From Candidatus Bathyarchaeota archaeon (lineage in GTDB: Archaea; Thermoproteota; Bathyarchaeia; TCS64), in NCBI GenBank assembly GCA_963771885.1, contig CAVYVF010000023.1:864001-928000 (forward strand): 64,000 nt of DNA. The letters run 5' to 3'. The notes under the pieces are model-generated. The model did no database searches and was not told where the DNA came from. It was given only the letters and a program-made list of their open reading frames with translations. Within the stretch, counting starts at the first letter, position 1. Every line of letters begins with the position of its first letter. Shown here one piece after another: positions 18,718-29,243 of the stretch. Made by a program: the position numbers and the translations under genes.

Positions 18718-18897
18718 GCTGAGGAAGACGTGGGTGGCGGGAAAAAGGATTGCTTGATTATTTTATGCAAAAAACCTCGAGCGGGTTCGTTACCCTCGGT
18801 AAACCAAATTTAGGGATCCTCACGCAATTTTGGAAAGTATGCGCGGGAACTAACGCACTGAGAAGCCCTTTTACGGGCAAGCCACGTGTATCCCGCC

Positions 18898-19288
18898 ATG
18901 GACTACAGGCGTTACCTAGTTGAGATTGGTACTGGCGTCGACCTCCACGGTGAGGACGCGACTAAGGCGGCTCAGAGGGCGGTAAAGGACGCGATCAGCC
19001 ACAGCAGCATGGTCGGGCTCGGGTCAACTCTTCAAGATAAAGAGCTTCTCCGAGATCGAGGATGCCCTGATGGTGGACGTCACCATCGCGGCTCCTGATC
19101 CCAGTAAGGTTGACGGCGAGGCCGTTCTATCCACTCTCCCAGAGGGGAAGAGGAGGATAAGCGTCGTGAAGGGTGGCTTCAGGTTCCCCGCCGAGTCGAC
19201 GAAGGATGAGGCGAAGACCCACCCGATATTGATGGTCAACGCCGTCATAGTCGTCATGGTCGACGTGGATAAGGTGCCGAGAAAGTAG
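18898..19288 (+). CDS. Lin0512-family protein; +1 frameshift at 19021-19023
   Basis: EIGTGVDLHGEDATKAAQRAVKDAI N-terminus. Removing one G joins it to QLFKIKSF...VDVTIAAPDP..LPEG..VVKGG..VNAVIVV. Confidence 0.85.
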
Positions 19289-19636
19289 TTAGAGCGTCTT
19301 TCCGCACTTCGTGCAGAACTTTGCGTATTTCGTGTTCTCTGCGCCACAGTTCTTGCAGAAGACTGGACCGGTCTTCACTGACTCCCTCGCGGAGTGTACG
19401 CCCTTCTCGACCTCGCCGGCGACCTCTCGGAATGTTTCCTGCACTATCTTGACGCCTTCATCTATGGCGCGTGACGCCTTCTGGAGGGCCGCGTCCATCT
19501 CCTGTCTCCACTGTGGGTCGGACGCCCAGGGGATGGAAACCCCCTCATTGACTCCCTTGTCCGTCCTCACCCCGCACTTGGAGCAGAAGTTCGACTCGGG
19601 ATCTATCTCCTTGCCACAGTTTGAACAATATGTCAT
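19289..19636 (-). CDS. Double zinc-ribbon domain protein
   Basis: YCSNCG...FCSKCG at the N-terminus and FCKNCG...FCTKCG at the C-terminus, around a helical linker. Confidence 0.85.
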   Translation of the reverse strand: MTYCSNCGKEIDPESNFCSKCGVRTDKGVNEGVSIPWASDPQWRQEMDAALQKASRAIDEGVKIVQETFREVAGEVEKGVHSARESVKTGPVFCKNCGAENTKYAKFCTKCGKTL

Positions 19637-19672
19637 CGTCTGTACCTGCTTGTGGTTGGGAACTTGTGTTGA

Positions 19673-20905
19673 TTAATCTTTCCGAGCAGCCTCATCGATT
19701 CTTTCCATGATAGCCCTTATAGTGAGTAGATTGTTGTCCCAGGCGCCCATGTTGATGATGGTTATACCCTCTGGTACCTTCGCCCTGCGCACGAGGTCGG
19801 GCACATCACACTGGCTGTGTATAGTCTCAGCGCTTGTACTCGCGGAGTAGACGAGTATCCTCTCGACGCCGTTGGCGACCAGTTCCCCTACCTTCACGGC
19901 GGGCTTTGGCTCGTTTAACTCCATCCAGGCCGATGCGACGTTCTCCGCCCTATAGCCGGCGTCGACGAAGGCACTTTTTATACCTTCCCTGAAGGCGTTC
20001 TCCTGCTGGGTCTCGGAGGCGAACTCTTTATCCCACTCGTCGGGCTGCCCGTGCCCGACAAGCAGTATCCCCGCCTTCTCCTTTGGTGTTCCCTGCAGGG
20101 CTACATCGGCGCGCTCGACAAACATCTTGTGCATGAGCGCTGAGTCCCATAGAGGTTTCGTGAATGCTACGTGTGCGCCGTACTCCGCGGGGCGTAACGC
20201 CTCGACCCTCTTCTCCCCCTCGAGCGTGTGGTTCGACTGGGTCACGAACACCTCGGCGAGTATTATCCTGCTCGCTCCCTCGTTGAGCGCCTGTATCGCC
20301 GCCTCGTCGGGGCGCGGGTGGTAGTCGAGGAAGCTTAGGTAGAACCTCGTAGACTCGTCGCCTCGGCGCCGGTACTCCTGCTCGATCTCCCTGAGCCTCA
20401 GCGCGTGCACCATGTTGTGGTCGCTCTTACCGACCCTAAGGTACCTGTGTCTCAAGCTGTAGAGGAAGAGAGGGCGGATTAGCCAGGGCATAAACGGGAT
20501 GTTTTGCTCGTCGAACTCCCTGAACTGCCTGATCCAGTTTATGGGCGTGTAGGTCGGCGACTCGCCGTGCGTGAAGTAGACGACTGCTGTGTGCCCGAGA
20601 CCATGGTCTCCCTTGTGGCGGCGGATCGGAGGGAGGAACCGCTTCTCGTCGGTGGAGAGCACCCTCGCCGACATGACGACGTAGCCAGCCATAAACGAGG
20701 CGATTGATATGCCTGATGCTACCGCTCCGCCTGTCCAATCCCCCCAGAAACCTATGGCCACTGCCGCGCCCGAGGCGAACACCATTACTGACGTGAATAA
20801 GAGGTAGGAAGCCATTCTGAGTGGGTGGACGATGAGGTAGCCGAGGATGAGTACTCCCGCAAGGAAGGCGAAGGCGGAGGGAATCAGCAGTGAGGCAGCG
20901 TCCAT
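19673..20905 (-). CDS. Class II chelatase (ferrochelatase/CbiX-like) with N-terminal transmembrane helices
   Basis: Three hydrophobic segments followed by two chelatase-like halves: YFTHGES...LSFLD..P...SNHT and LLVGHGQP...AWMELNEP...ETIHS. Confidence 0.7.
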   Translation of the reverse strand: MDAASLLIPSAFAFLAGVLILGYLIVHPLRMASYLLFTSVMVFASGAAVAIGFWGDWTGGAVASGISIASFMAGYVVMSARVLSTDEKRFLPPIRRHKGDHGLGHTAVVYFTHGESPTYTPINWIRQFREFDEQNIPFMPWLIRPLFLYSLRHRYLRVGKSDHNMVHALRLREIEQEYRRRGDESTRFYLSFLDYHPRPDEAAIQALNEGASRIILAEVFVTQSNHTLEGEKRVEALRPAEYGAHVAFTKPLWDSALMHKMFVERADVALQGTPKEKAGILLVGHGQPDEWDKEFASETQQENAFREGIKSAFVDAGYRAENVASAWMELNEPKPAVKVGELVANGVERILVYSASTSAETIHSQCDVPDLVRRAKVPEGITIINMGAWDNNLLTIRAIMERIDEAARKD

Positions 20906-21007
20906 GGTGGGAAAGGCTCGTCGCAAATGGATAAACGATGCCGAGGACCGAAATGAGTACCCTTAACACCTAGTACACGTCAGAGAGTACAACCAAGTGA
21001 ATGAAAA

Positions 21008-21910
21008 ATGACTGAGTATAGATATCCAAAGGTACCTATCATCGCGCCGATCGCCATCATCGTTCTCGTTGGCATCGGAGTCCTCGTAGTGCTCTCCGGC
21101 GCCAGTGTAGGCGTTGGAGACGTAGCACTCGTCGTTGACCCCCTCGGCGGAACAGTGAGCAACCCAGTTGTCGGGCCCCGCTGGTTCCTAAAGCTCCCCT
21201 ACCAGAGCGTCATTAAGATGCCCTACTCGACACAGTATCTTATCCTAAGCGACAGCGATCCTAACGCCGACTTCGACAGCCTCATGTGCTTCAGCACGGA
21301 GGGCATCGAGGTGACCACTGACATAGTCGTCCGCTTCGGAATAGATGTGAACAAGGCGGCTGACCTCTATCAGAGCTACCCCGCCATGAATTGGGAGTTC
21401 ACGACGATCAACAGCATAACCTCCGAGACGGCGAAGGGCATCACCAAGAACTACTCGTGGATCGAGATCAAGGACAAGCGCACCGAGCTCGCCACACAGA
21501 TCCAGGGCGCTATCAGGGAAGCGCTCACGAACGAACCCTCGCTCAAGGGCGCTATAATTAACGTCGAAGTCGACCTTAAGAACATCTCCTTCCCGGAGAG
21601 ACTGGTCGACGAGCTTCAGGCGACCGTTGCGGCGCAGCAGGCTGTCGTGACGGCTGAGAACCAGAGGAAGAGCGCTATAATCCTCGCGAATGCCACGGCG
21701 CAGACCGCCCTCATCCAGGCGGAGGGTGAGGCACGCGCTCAGATCGCTCGCGCGCAGGGTGAGGCGGACGCCATTGAGCAGATCATCGCCGTCGTCGGCC
21801 AGGATGGGTGGACGACCTACTACAACATGCAGAAGCTCAAGGAAATCAGCCCCAACATCGATACCCTGATAGTCGGGACGGACGGAAACTTCCTCATCCC
21901 ATTAAAGTAA
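21008..21910 (+). CDS. SPFH/prohibitin (band 7) family membrane protein
   Basis: N-terminal TM anchor, SPFH core, and Ala-rich coiled coil (AEGEARAQIARAQGEADA). Confidence 0.88.
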   Translation: MTEYRYPKVPIIAPIAIIVLVGIGVLVVLSGASVGVGDVALVVDPLGGTVSNPVVGPRWFLKLPYQSVIKMPYSTQYLILSDSDPNADFDSLMCFSTEGIEVTTDIVVRFGIDVNKAADLYQSYPAMNWEFTTINSITSETAKGITKNYSWIEIKDKRTELATQIQGAIREALTNEPSLKGAIINVEVDLKNISFPERLVDELQATVAAQQAVVTAENQRKSAIILANATAQTALIQAEGEARAQIARAQGEADAIEQIIAVVGQDGWTTYYNMQKLKEISPNIDTLIVGTDGNFLIPLK

Positions 21911-21929
21911 AGTCACTGTTTTTGGAGTA

Positions 21930-21944
21930 GGGGGCTTTGCCCCC
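21930..21944. terminator. Hairpin between convergent genes (possible terminator)
   Basis: GGGGGC-TTT-GCCCCC preceded by a T-tract, lying between the stops at 21910 and 21947. Confidence 0.4.
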
Positions 21945-21946
21945 GC

Positions 21947-23374
21947 TCACCACTCGCTCTTACCCTCGATCCACACCTTCGTCTCGGGGTGGATCTCGGG
22001 CCACGTCTTGACATATGCCTTAACCCTGTCGGCGAGTTGTACCGTCTGGTCGTATCCCTGCCTCTTTATGAAGTCCTGTATCTCCTTCTGCGTCTTCCTC
22101 TTCGCCATCCACTTGTCCTCGTTGGCGACGCGGAAGAGGAAGCGTGTGTAGTTGGCGGCGGCGAGGCGCAGGTACTCAAGGTCGACCTTGTCGACCGTGT
22201 CGTACTTGCTGTGTCCGAAGCCTCGCCCCGTGCTTGTGCGTATCGTCTCGGGATCGCCTCCGCTACCACATGGGACGCTGCGGAGGTAGAAAGGCCAGTG
22301 GTCGCTGTATGGACCGACACGCTGGTAGTAGGGTAGCTCCGCCTTCATCTCCTTGGCGCACCTGTCCATGAAGGGCTCGAGTTCGGGGAAGTCGTGGAGG
22401 ATGACGCCCTTGCGACTCTTGCTCCCGCCGCTGTCGAGGTTTAGCATGAAGCGTGCGTCACCGAGCTCGTCGGCGTGCATCGCCGTGTAGGCGTAGCTCC
22501 CGAAGAGCCCGATCTCCTCTGCGCCGAAGCATATGCAGCGGACGCGGCGCTTGAGCTTGCTCTTGACCATCTGGAGGTTCCGCGCAATCTCCAAGACGGT
22601 GACGGCGCCGGAGGCGGGGTCCTCGGCGCCTTGGCTTATGTCGTGCCCGTCGTAGTGGCTTCCGACGACGACGTACTCCTTGCTCTTGCTTGTGCCGGGG
22701 ATGTCGGCGATGACGTTGTAGGTCGTCACCTCCATGTTCTTGTCGCCGGTCTTAATCTTGAGGTTAACCTCTCCCTCTCGCTCTAGAGTGCGGACGAGGT
22801 ACATGCCATCCTCGTAGCTGACGCTTATGCTTGGGATGATGGGGCTGATTCCGCCGGTCTGGGGTCCGTAGGCGGGGTACTGGTTCATGAATATCCAGCC
22901 CTTGGCGCCAGCAAGGACGCTTCTCATGAACTTCTCCGACCTGTGGAGGCTTCTCGTCATGCCGAGGGGGTTGGCGCTGCTAACCATCACTATGTTGCCC
23001 TCGATCTCCGCCTTCCTCTTCTCGTATGTGTCGACTGCGCCGTCGCCTAGCCAGACTAGCTTAGCCTCGACCTCCGCCCCAATGCTGTGGGGGAGGCTTA
23101 TGCAGTCGATCTCCTTCTTGAATGGGCTCATCATCGTAAGCTTGGCTGGGGCGCGCTTCCACCCGGGTATCTTGTAGCTCTCGTAGTGGGCGTCCTCAAT
23201 CCCGTAGCCCTTGAGCTTCTCGACCATGTACTTGACAGAGCCAAGGTCGCCGGGCGTTCCGGGGAACCTGCTCCCGTGGACATCGCATAGCATCTTCAGG
23301 TTGTCCATCGGCTCCGAGGAAGTGTATATCTCGGAGACGATCTTCTTGTCGATCTCGATCCAGGGGTTACTCAA
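21947..23374 (-). CDS. M28-family metallopeptidase with PA domain
   Basis: GSRFPGT, NVIADIPG, GSHYDGH, GAEDPASG, FGAEEIGLFGS, MLNLD and YSDHWPF motifs; no signal peptide. Confidence 0.92.
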   Translation of the reverse strand: MSNPWIEIDKKIVSEIYTSSEPMDNLKMLCDVHGSRFPGTPGDLGSVKYMVEKLKGYGIEDAHYESYKIPGWKRAPAKLTMMSPFKKEIDCISLPHSIGAEVEAKLVWLGDGAVDTYEKRKAEIEGNIVMVSSANPLGMTRSLHRSEKFMRSVLAGAKGWIFMNQYPAYGPQTGGISPIIPSISVSYEDGMYLVRTLEREGEVNLKIKTGDKNMEVTTYNVIADIPGTSKSKEYVVVGSHYDGHDISQGAEDPASGAVTVLEIARNLQMVKSKLKRRVRCICFGAEEIGLFGSYAYTAMHADELGDARFMLNLDSGGSKSRKGVILHDFPELEPFMDRCAKEMKAELPYYQRVGPYSDHWPFYLRSVPCGSGGDPETIRTSTGRGFGHSKYDTVDKVDLEYLRLAAANYTRFLFRVANEDKWMAKRKTQKEIQDFIKRQGYDQTVQLADRVKAYVKTWPEIHPETKVWIEGKSEW

Positions 23375-23420
23375 AACTGATGCACCGGTGAATCTGTGCC
23401 CGGTGCGGATTTAAGACCTA

Positions 23421-24794
23421 TCAGGCTGGCGGTTTTCGATTGTTCCTGAGCTGAGCGAGGATGCCTACGGCGCAGAGGATGGTCGAGATAATGAAGACGA
23501 CCCTTATGCTCCCCGTAAGGGCGGGATATACCGCGGGTACGATCTCGACCCTGCCGATGAGAATGGCGAAAATTATCATGGTTATACCCATGCTAAGCAT
23601 CTGCCCGGTCAGCCGCATCGTGCCTAGCGTAGATGAGGCGACTCCGTAGAGCCTCTTGTCGACGCTGCTCATTATCGCGTTCGTATTCGGGGAGGAGAAG
23701 AGGGATAATCCGAAGCCTAGGGCGGCAAGGCTCGCGGCGACGACCCATATCTCGGTCTGCTCGTTGATGAAGACGAACGGGATGAGCCCGATCATGGTGA
23801 CAGCCATCCCGATTGCTGCGACCCTACTCGCCTCCATTCTGTCTGACAGCTTACCCGTTATGGGCGAGAAGATCGCCTGCACGATGGGGGAGGCGATGAG
23901 GACTAGCCCCGCGTTTTGGGCGCTAAGTCCCTTAACGTATTGGAGATAGAGGCTCATTAGGAAGGTGACCGCGTAGGTGGCGCTGAAATTGATGAGTGCA
24001 GCGATGTTTGAGAAGGTGAAGGTCTTGTTAGTTCTGAAGAGGTGTATGTCGAGGACTGGGTGCTTGGCGCGTGACTCAACATAGATGAGGACGCCAAATG
24101 CGACGAGTCCCAATACTATGGGGATCAGGCTGGTGGTGGATGGGACTAGGGAGAAGCCGTACATTAGAGAGAGGAGCATTAGACTGTAGACGAGCGAGCC
24201 TTTGAAGTCGAAGCTTTCGCCCCCTGCTTCCTTCCACTCGCCCTTAAGCCTCCATAGCATGAAGAGGACAGCGACTGCGCCGATCCCCGCTGTTGTGAGG
24301 AGTATGCTGCGCCACCCAAGTGTGTTTACAAGGAGCCCGCCGACGTACGGCCCAACTGAGAGTCCCACGTAGACCGCCGCGGCACTCATCCCGAGCGTGG
24401 CCCCCTTTTCTTTGGGGGGTGTGACGCTGACGAGTATAGCGACGCCTGTACCAAATATCATAGCAGACGAGACGCCCTGCAATGCCCTGAGCATGATTAT
24501 CGTCGAGGCGGACGGGTAGATGCCGAGGAGCAGTGCAGATATTGAGAACGCAATGGTGCCATAGAGGAACACCCTACGTCGCCCGTAGATGTCTGCGAGG
24601 CGTCCAAATGGGACGAGGAACATTGCGGAGGCAAGCAAGTAGGCGAGGCTTGCCCAGCTCATCGTTATCGCGTCGAGGCCGAACTCCTTACTTATGCTCG
24701 GGAGGGCGATGTTGAAACTGCTCGATGCGAAGGGCGTCAGGAAGGAGGTCATAACAACGACTATCACAACGACTCGCCTGTCTACACCCTCCAC
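23421..24794 (-). CDS. MFS transporter (DHA2/EmrB-like, 14 TM)
   Basis: NIALPSI, FGRLADIYGRR and GPYVGG..GWR motifs. Confidence 0.92.
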   Translation of the reverse strand: MEGVDRRVVVIVVVMTSFLTPFASSSFNIALPSISKEFGLDAITMSWASLAYLLASAMFLVPFGRLADIYGRRRVFLYGTIAFSISALLLGIYPSASTIIMLRALQGVSSAMIFGTGVAILVSVTPPKEKGATLGMSAAAVYVGLSVGPYVGGLLVNTLGWRSILLTTAGIGAVAVLFMLWRLKGEWKEAGGESFDFKGSLVYSLMLLSLMYGFSLVPSTTSLIPIVLGLVAFGVLIYVESRAKHPVLDIHLFRTNKTFTFSNIAALINFSATYAVTFLMSLYLQYVKGLSAQNAGLVLIASPIVQAIFSPITGKLSDRMEASRVAAIGMAVTMIGLIPFVFINEQTEIWVVAASLAALGFGLSLFSSPNTNAIMSSVDKRLYGVASSTLGTMRLTGQMLSMGITMIIFAILIGRVEIVPAVYPALTGSIRVVFIISTILCAVGILAQLRNNRKPPA

Positions 24795-24894
24795 GACTAT
24801 TCCCCCGACCCGCCTTATGCGAGGAATCAGCCCTACTTATTAAAACCCATTGGGGCATGGGAAAGCTGTTTTAAGCGGACTCCCTGAACACGTA

Positions 24895-25776
24895 TTGGCT
24901 GCCGACTTGAGCGTTCTCATATACACAGACAACCCCGGCGTGCATGAGGTCAGGCTCGTCGCGGAGGAGCTCAGGAGGAGAAGCATACGTGTCCGCCTCA
25001 TGGCGCCCTGGGATTTTAGTCTCCCCAAGATGCCCGAGCTCGACGCAGGCGTCGTCTATGCCCCAAGCAACATGCTACACAGGGGAAGCACATACGAACT
25101 CACCCACAGGCTCATTATACTCAGGGAGCTTGAGAAGAAGGCGACTGTAGTAAACCCCGTCGAGTCGATGCTCGTATACTCGAAGGAGCAGCTCACCATG
25201 CGTCTCGCCGGTCTCGCCCTTCCACACCCCGAGACGATCGCCACCGAGAATGTCGAGGAGGCGTACAGCTTCTCGAAGAGGCTCCTCGACCAAGGCCGGG
25301 AGGTCGTGCTGAAGCCCACCTGCGGCGCACGGGGCGTAGGCGTCACGAAGCTCAGCGGCATCAGGAGGCGGGACGACCTCCTCCAGTTCCTAGTCTGGTA
25401 CACTCGGGAGCATGCCCAGGGCGTCTACTACCTACAGGAGTTCATCCCCAACCTCGGCTACGACATCAGGTGCCTCGTCATAGACGGCAAGGTCGTGGGG
25501 AGGGAGCGTAGGTTCAACACGAAAGACTTCCGCTACAACGTCGCTGTCGGCGGCTCCGCGGAGGCGTTCAATGACCCTATCTACGACGATCTGAGCATCG
25601 AGGTGGCCGAGGCGAGCGGGCTCAAGATATGCGGCGTCGACATTCTCCCCGGCCAGGACGGTAAGCCATACGTGCTTGAGGCGAACTGCTACCCCGGTTA
25701 CAAGGCATTGATGGACGCGACGGGGATGCCAATCCACGAGAAGATATCCGACTACCTACAGAGTCTTCTCCGCTAG
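24895..25776 (+). CDS. RimK-family ATP-grasp ligase
   Basis: VVNP, VVLKPTCGARGVGV, YLQEFIP, DIRCLVIDG, FRYNVAVGG, GVDIL and VLEAN motifs. Start uncertain (TTG at 24850, 24895 or 24907). Confidence 0.88.
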   Translation: MAADLSVLIYTDNPGVHEVRLVAEELRRRSIRVRLMAPWDFSLPKMPELDAGVVYAPSNMLHRGSTYELTHRLIILRELEKKATVVNPVESMLVYSKEQLTMRLAGLALPHPETIATENVEEAYSFSKRLLDQGREVVLKPTCGARGVGVTKLSGIRRRDDLLQFLVWYTREHAQGVYYLQEFIPNLGYDIRCLVIDGKVVGRERRFNTKDFRYNVAVGGSAEAFNDPIYDDLSIEVAEASGLKICGVDILPGQDGKPYVLEANCYPGYKALMDATGMPIHEKISDYLQSLLR

Positions 25777-26863
25777 CTCCTCTTCCTGCGTCGGCTTCTC
25801 AAAATACCTGTGCAGCGAAGCGGGCAGTGTCTTATAATCAGCGCCCTTGATGTTGGAAGTTAGATCAACGCTGTTGAAGGTGTCTATGAAGAGAACCACC
25901 TTGTCGGTCTCGCCTCGCGCCTTGAGATAGTCGAGGCCCCCGTAGAGAGTCTTCGACGTGTAGGTGGGATCAAGGGTTAGCCCCTCTAGCTCCTTCGCCT
26001 GCTTGAGGATGGAGATGCACTCGGGAGTGAAGTCGGCGTAGCACCTGCCGAGGTAGTCCCTTAGCATTATCAGCTCGTCGGGTCTCGGCTTGACCTCGGG
26101 GACGCTGGGGTCGGTCCTCCTCATGAAGGCATTGATGTTGGCGATCATACCCGCGAACTTATCGACTGTTATATACCAGGGCAAAGAGACCTGAACCGCG
26201 GCGACCCGCGTCTTCATACCTGCGAGCTCTGAAGCCGAGCTGAAGTCCCGAGGCGGTGCCGAGCAATCCGGCGGCGGCGAGCACGTAGTCGGGCTCTGGT
26301 AACTCGCCCTGTTCCACCTGCTTCCTGATCTCGAAAGCTGCGTTTACATATCCCATGTTGCCGACGGGACTGCTCGCACCCGCGGGGACATAGTAGGGCT
26401 TCCCGCCCCTGAGCGCCTCCCAGCCATAGGTGGCGGCAAAGAGGAGTAACTCCACCGGCGTATTCGGGGCGAACCGGAGCTCGGCGCCGTAGTGCTTGTC
26501 GAGGAGAAGGTTCCTCCGGACGTACTCTGCGTTGGGCTGGTCGAATACGACGCCGACAACGCGGAAGTCCATCTTCTTCCCGTAGATGGTTGTGGCGAGG
26601 ACTTGGTTCAATCCGGAGCCGCCGATGCAAATCAGCGTCTTCCGCCCCTTAGCCTTCGCATCGGCGAGAACCCACTCCAGCTTGCGCACCTTGTTGCCGC
26701 CATAGACTGCGGAGCTCATGTCATCACGCTTGACGTAGAGGTCGGTAAACCCATATGCTTTCCCGAGTTTCTTGAGCCTCTGTATAGGAGTCGGAAAGTC
26801 TCCGAGACTAACCCACGGTATGGCTGAAAGACCCGTATACTCTTCAAATATGATGGGCTTCAA
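25756..26863 (-). CDS. PLP-dependent D-cysteine desulfhydrase/ACC deaminase family enzyme; +1 frameshift at about 26227-26230
   Basis: PTPIQ, YVKRDD..YGGNKVRKLE and PAGASSP.G motifs in the upstream ORF; LDPTYTSK in the downstream ORF. Removing 1 nt gives ..GFRLAGMKTRV. Confidence 0.88.
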
Positions 26864-26971
26864 GGCGCCTCATATCATGGTTACCCAAGTTTGGATAAGA
26901 TTAACTAGCACCACTTGCCCCGGCTAGTGTTAAATACCCTATCGCGGTGCTATCCATGAAAGGTGTTGTAG

Positions 26972-28063
26972 ATGCCGAGCAAACCTTACATCAAGTTGAA
27001 TGCCGGTGACCCCGACGTTGAGGCCCCGAAGTACGCCCTCGAGGCGGTTCAAGACGCCATAAAGAAGGGCGGTGACTGGACCCACTACGGCGGCGCGGAG
27101 ATACCAAAACAGTTCCGCCTAGCTGTCGTCGACTACTACAAAAAGTTCATCGGCCCCGAGTACAAGGAGTCGCAGGTCCTCCCGGTGGCGGGTAGCAGCG
27201 CCGCGCTCTACATCGCGCTCTCCTCATGCCTCAAGGAGGGGGACGAGATCATGCTCTGGGAGCCCAGCTACAGCAACCACTACGTGATGCTCAAGGAGAT
27301 GGGCATCAAGATGACTATCCCCGAGCTGCCGAGGGAGAAGAAGTACCATATGGACCTCGACAAGCTCTCCAGCTACATTTCGAAGAAGACGAAGGCCGTG
27401 CTTGTCTGCAACCCCAACAACCCCACGGGAAGCGTCTATACGAAGAAGGAAATTGAGGCAGTTGGCGACCTCGCGGAGGACCACGACCTCGCCATACTCA
27501 GCGACGAGATCTACCTCCACTACGTCTACGACAATAACAAGTTCGTTGCCCCGAGTACCATCGGGAACCTGAAGGAGAGGACGATCAACATCATGAGCTT
27601 CAGTAAGACTTTCAGCATGACGGGCTGGAGGCTCGGATACGTCATCGTACCCGATAAATATCTTCCGAAGGCTCAGTCGATGATGCGCGTCGCAGCTCCC
27701 CGCCCGGCGACCTTTATCTACCCTGCAGGCGTCGCCTGCCTGCGCGGCGACTTCAAGTACGTCGAGGAGAGGCGCAAGGAGTACCAGGCGCGCCGCGACT
27801 ACTTCACAAAGGCTATCGACGACATGGGTATGCCCTGCCACAAGTTCGAGGGCGCCTTCTACGCCTGGTTCGACGCGAGGAAGTACGGGCTAAAGAGCGA
27901 GGACTTCATCGCGCGGCTGGAGAAGGAGGAGAACTGCGCGCTGAGCAGCGGAGCGGCGTTCGGCACCAAGCAGGAAGGCTTCATCAGAGTTCCTATGACC
28001 GCGCCGATTCCCGTACTCAAGGATGTCGTCGAGCGCGTCAAGAGCTTTACGAGTAAGCTGTAG
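26972..28063 (+). CDS. Class I/II PLP aminotransferase (aspartate aminotransferase-like)
   Basis: GDPD, CNPNNPTG, SDEIY, SFSKTFSMTGWRLG and GAFY motifs. Confidence 0.93.
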   Translation: MPSKPYIKLNAGDPDVEAPKYALEAVQDAIKKGGDWTHYGGAEIPKQFRLAVVDYYKKFIGPEYKESQVLPVAGSSAALYIALSSCLKEGDEIMLWEPSYSNHYVMLKEMGIKMTIPELPREKKYHMDLDKLSSYISKKTKAVLVCNPNNPTGSVYTKKEIEAVGDLAEDHDLAILSDEIYLHYVYDNNKFVAPSTIGNLKERTINIMSFSKTFSMTGWRLGYVIVPDKYLPKAQSMMRVAAPRPATFIYPAGVACLRGDFKYVEERRKEYQARRDYFTKAIDDMGMPCHKFEGAFYAWFDARKYGLKSEDFIARLEKEENCALSSGAAFGTKQEGFIRVPMTAPIPVLKDVVERVKSFTSKL

Positions 28064-28178
28064 GCGCTTCTGAATAACACGCGACGGTAGCACCGCATTT
28101 TTCATCTAAATATTGTGACATTTGCATACATTTTGTATCCCCTATGGTTTTTTATTGGGTGTGTGTCGTGGTATTCCC

Positions 28179-29135
28179 ATGCTCGTTCTGAGCGATCAGG
28201 ATATCGCGAAGCTTCTAACGATGGAGGAGGCCATCGAGGCGGTCGAGGACGCCTTCGCGCAGCTACGCCGGGGCAAGGTCGTGATGCCGACTAGGAGCAC
28301 GATTATGTTACCGAGGTACAACGGTAGCATCAGCTTCATGCCCTCCTACCTCGAGGAGTCCGGAGCGCAGGCGACGAAGATAATCAGCATCTACCCCGAC
28401 AACCCGAAGAGGGGGCTCCCAACGACGGCGGCGTGGATCGTGGTGAACAACCCCGAGACAGGGCAGGTCGAGGCGTTCATGGACGGCACCTACATCACCG
28501 GCGTGAGGACCGGCGCAGTCTCAGGTGTCGCTGCGAAGTACCTTGCCCCTAGTGACGCAAAGGTAGCCGCCGTCTTCGGTGCGGGCGCACAGGCGCGTAA
28601 CCAGGCGTGGGCTGCCGCAACTGTGCGTAAACTCGAGGAGATCAGGGTCTTCGACCCCATAAAGCCTGCCGTCGACAAATTCGCAGCTGATATGGAGGCG
28701 AAGCTCGGCATACCCATCATCAAAGCGGCAAGCGGCGAGGAAGCATGTAAGGGGGCGGACATGGTACTTACCGCTACTACCTCGAAGACCCCCGTGGTTA
28801 AGCGCAAGTGGCTCGGCGACAAGGTTCATGTCTCAGCTATAGGTGCCTTCTACCCCGATTGGAGGGAGCTAGAAACAGGCATAATAGCCGACGCCAAGGT
28901 CGTCATCGACGAGTGGGAGGCGATAAAACTCGAGTCAGGTGACATTCTCATCCCCATACAGGAAGGTGCTATCAGTGAGTCGGACGTCTACGCGGAACTC
29001 GGTGAGCTAGTTACGGGTGAGAAGAAGGGAAGGATCCCCGGTGATGCGCTAACTGTATTCAAGAGCGTCGGGATAGCGATCCAGGACTCCTCAGTCGCCA
29101 GCCTAGTCCTCAAGAAAGTTAGGGAAGTAAAGTAG
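28179..29135 (+). CDS. Ornithine cyclodeaminase/mu-crystallin family enzyme (archaeal alanine dehydrogenase-like)
   Basis: MP.Y, KIISIYPDNP..GLPT, TGVRTGA, GAGAQA and FKSVGIAIQD motifs. Confidence 0.92.
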   Translation: MLVLSDQDIAKLLTMEEAIEAVEDAFAQLRRGKVVMPTRSTIMLPRYNGSISFMPSYLEESGAQATKIISIYPDNPKRGLPTTAAWIVVNNPETGQVEAFMDGTYITGVRTGAVSGVAAKYLAPSDAKVAAVFGAGAQARNQAWAAATVRKLEEIRVFDPIKPAVDKFAADMEAKLGIPIIKAASGEEACKGADMVLTATTSKTPVVKRKWLGDKVHVSAIGAFYPDWRELETGIIADAKVVIDEWEAIKLESGDILIPIQEGAISESDVYAELGELVTGEKKGRIPGDALTVFKSVGIAIQDSSVASLVLKKVREVK

Positions 29136-29243
29136 CGCCTATCCTGAAAATAATCTGGAAACTCAGGGGCTTATTTTGCGCCGCAAGAAGTCAAATGGGT
29201 GCCTTTTATCCTTTAGATACGCCCAGTATAGCCAGTGATACGA

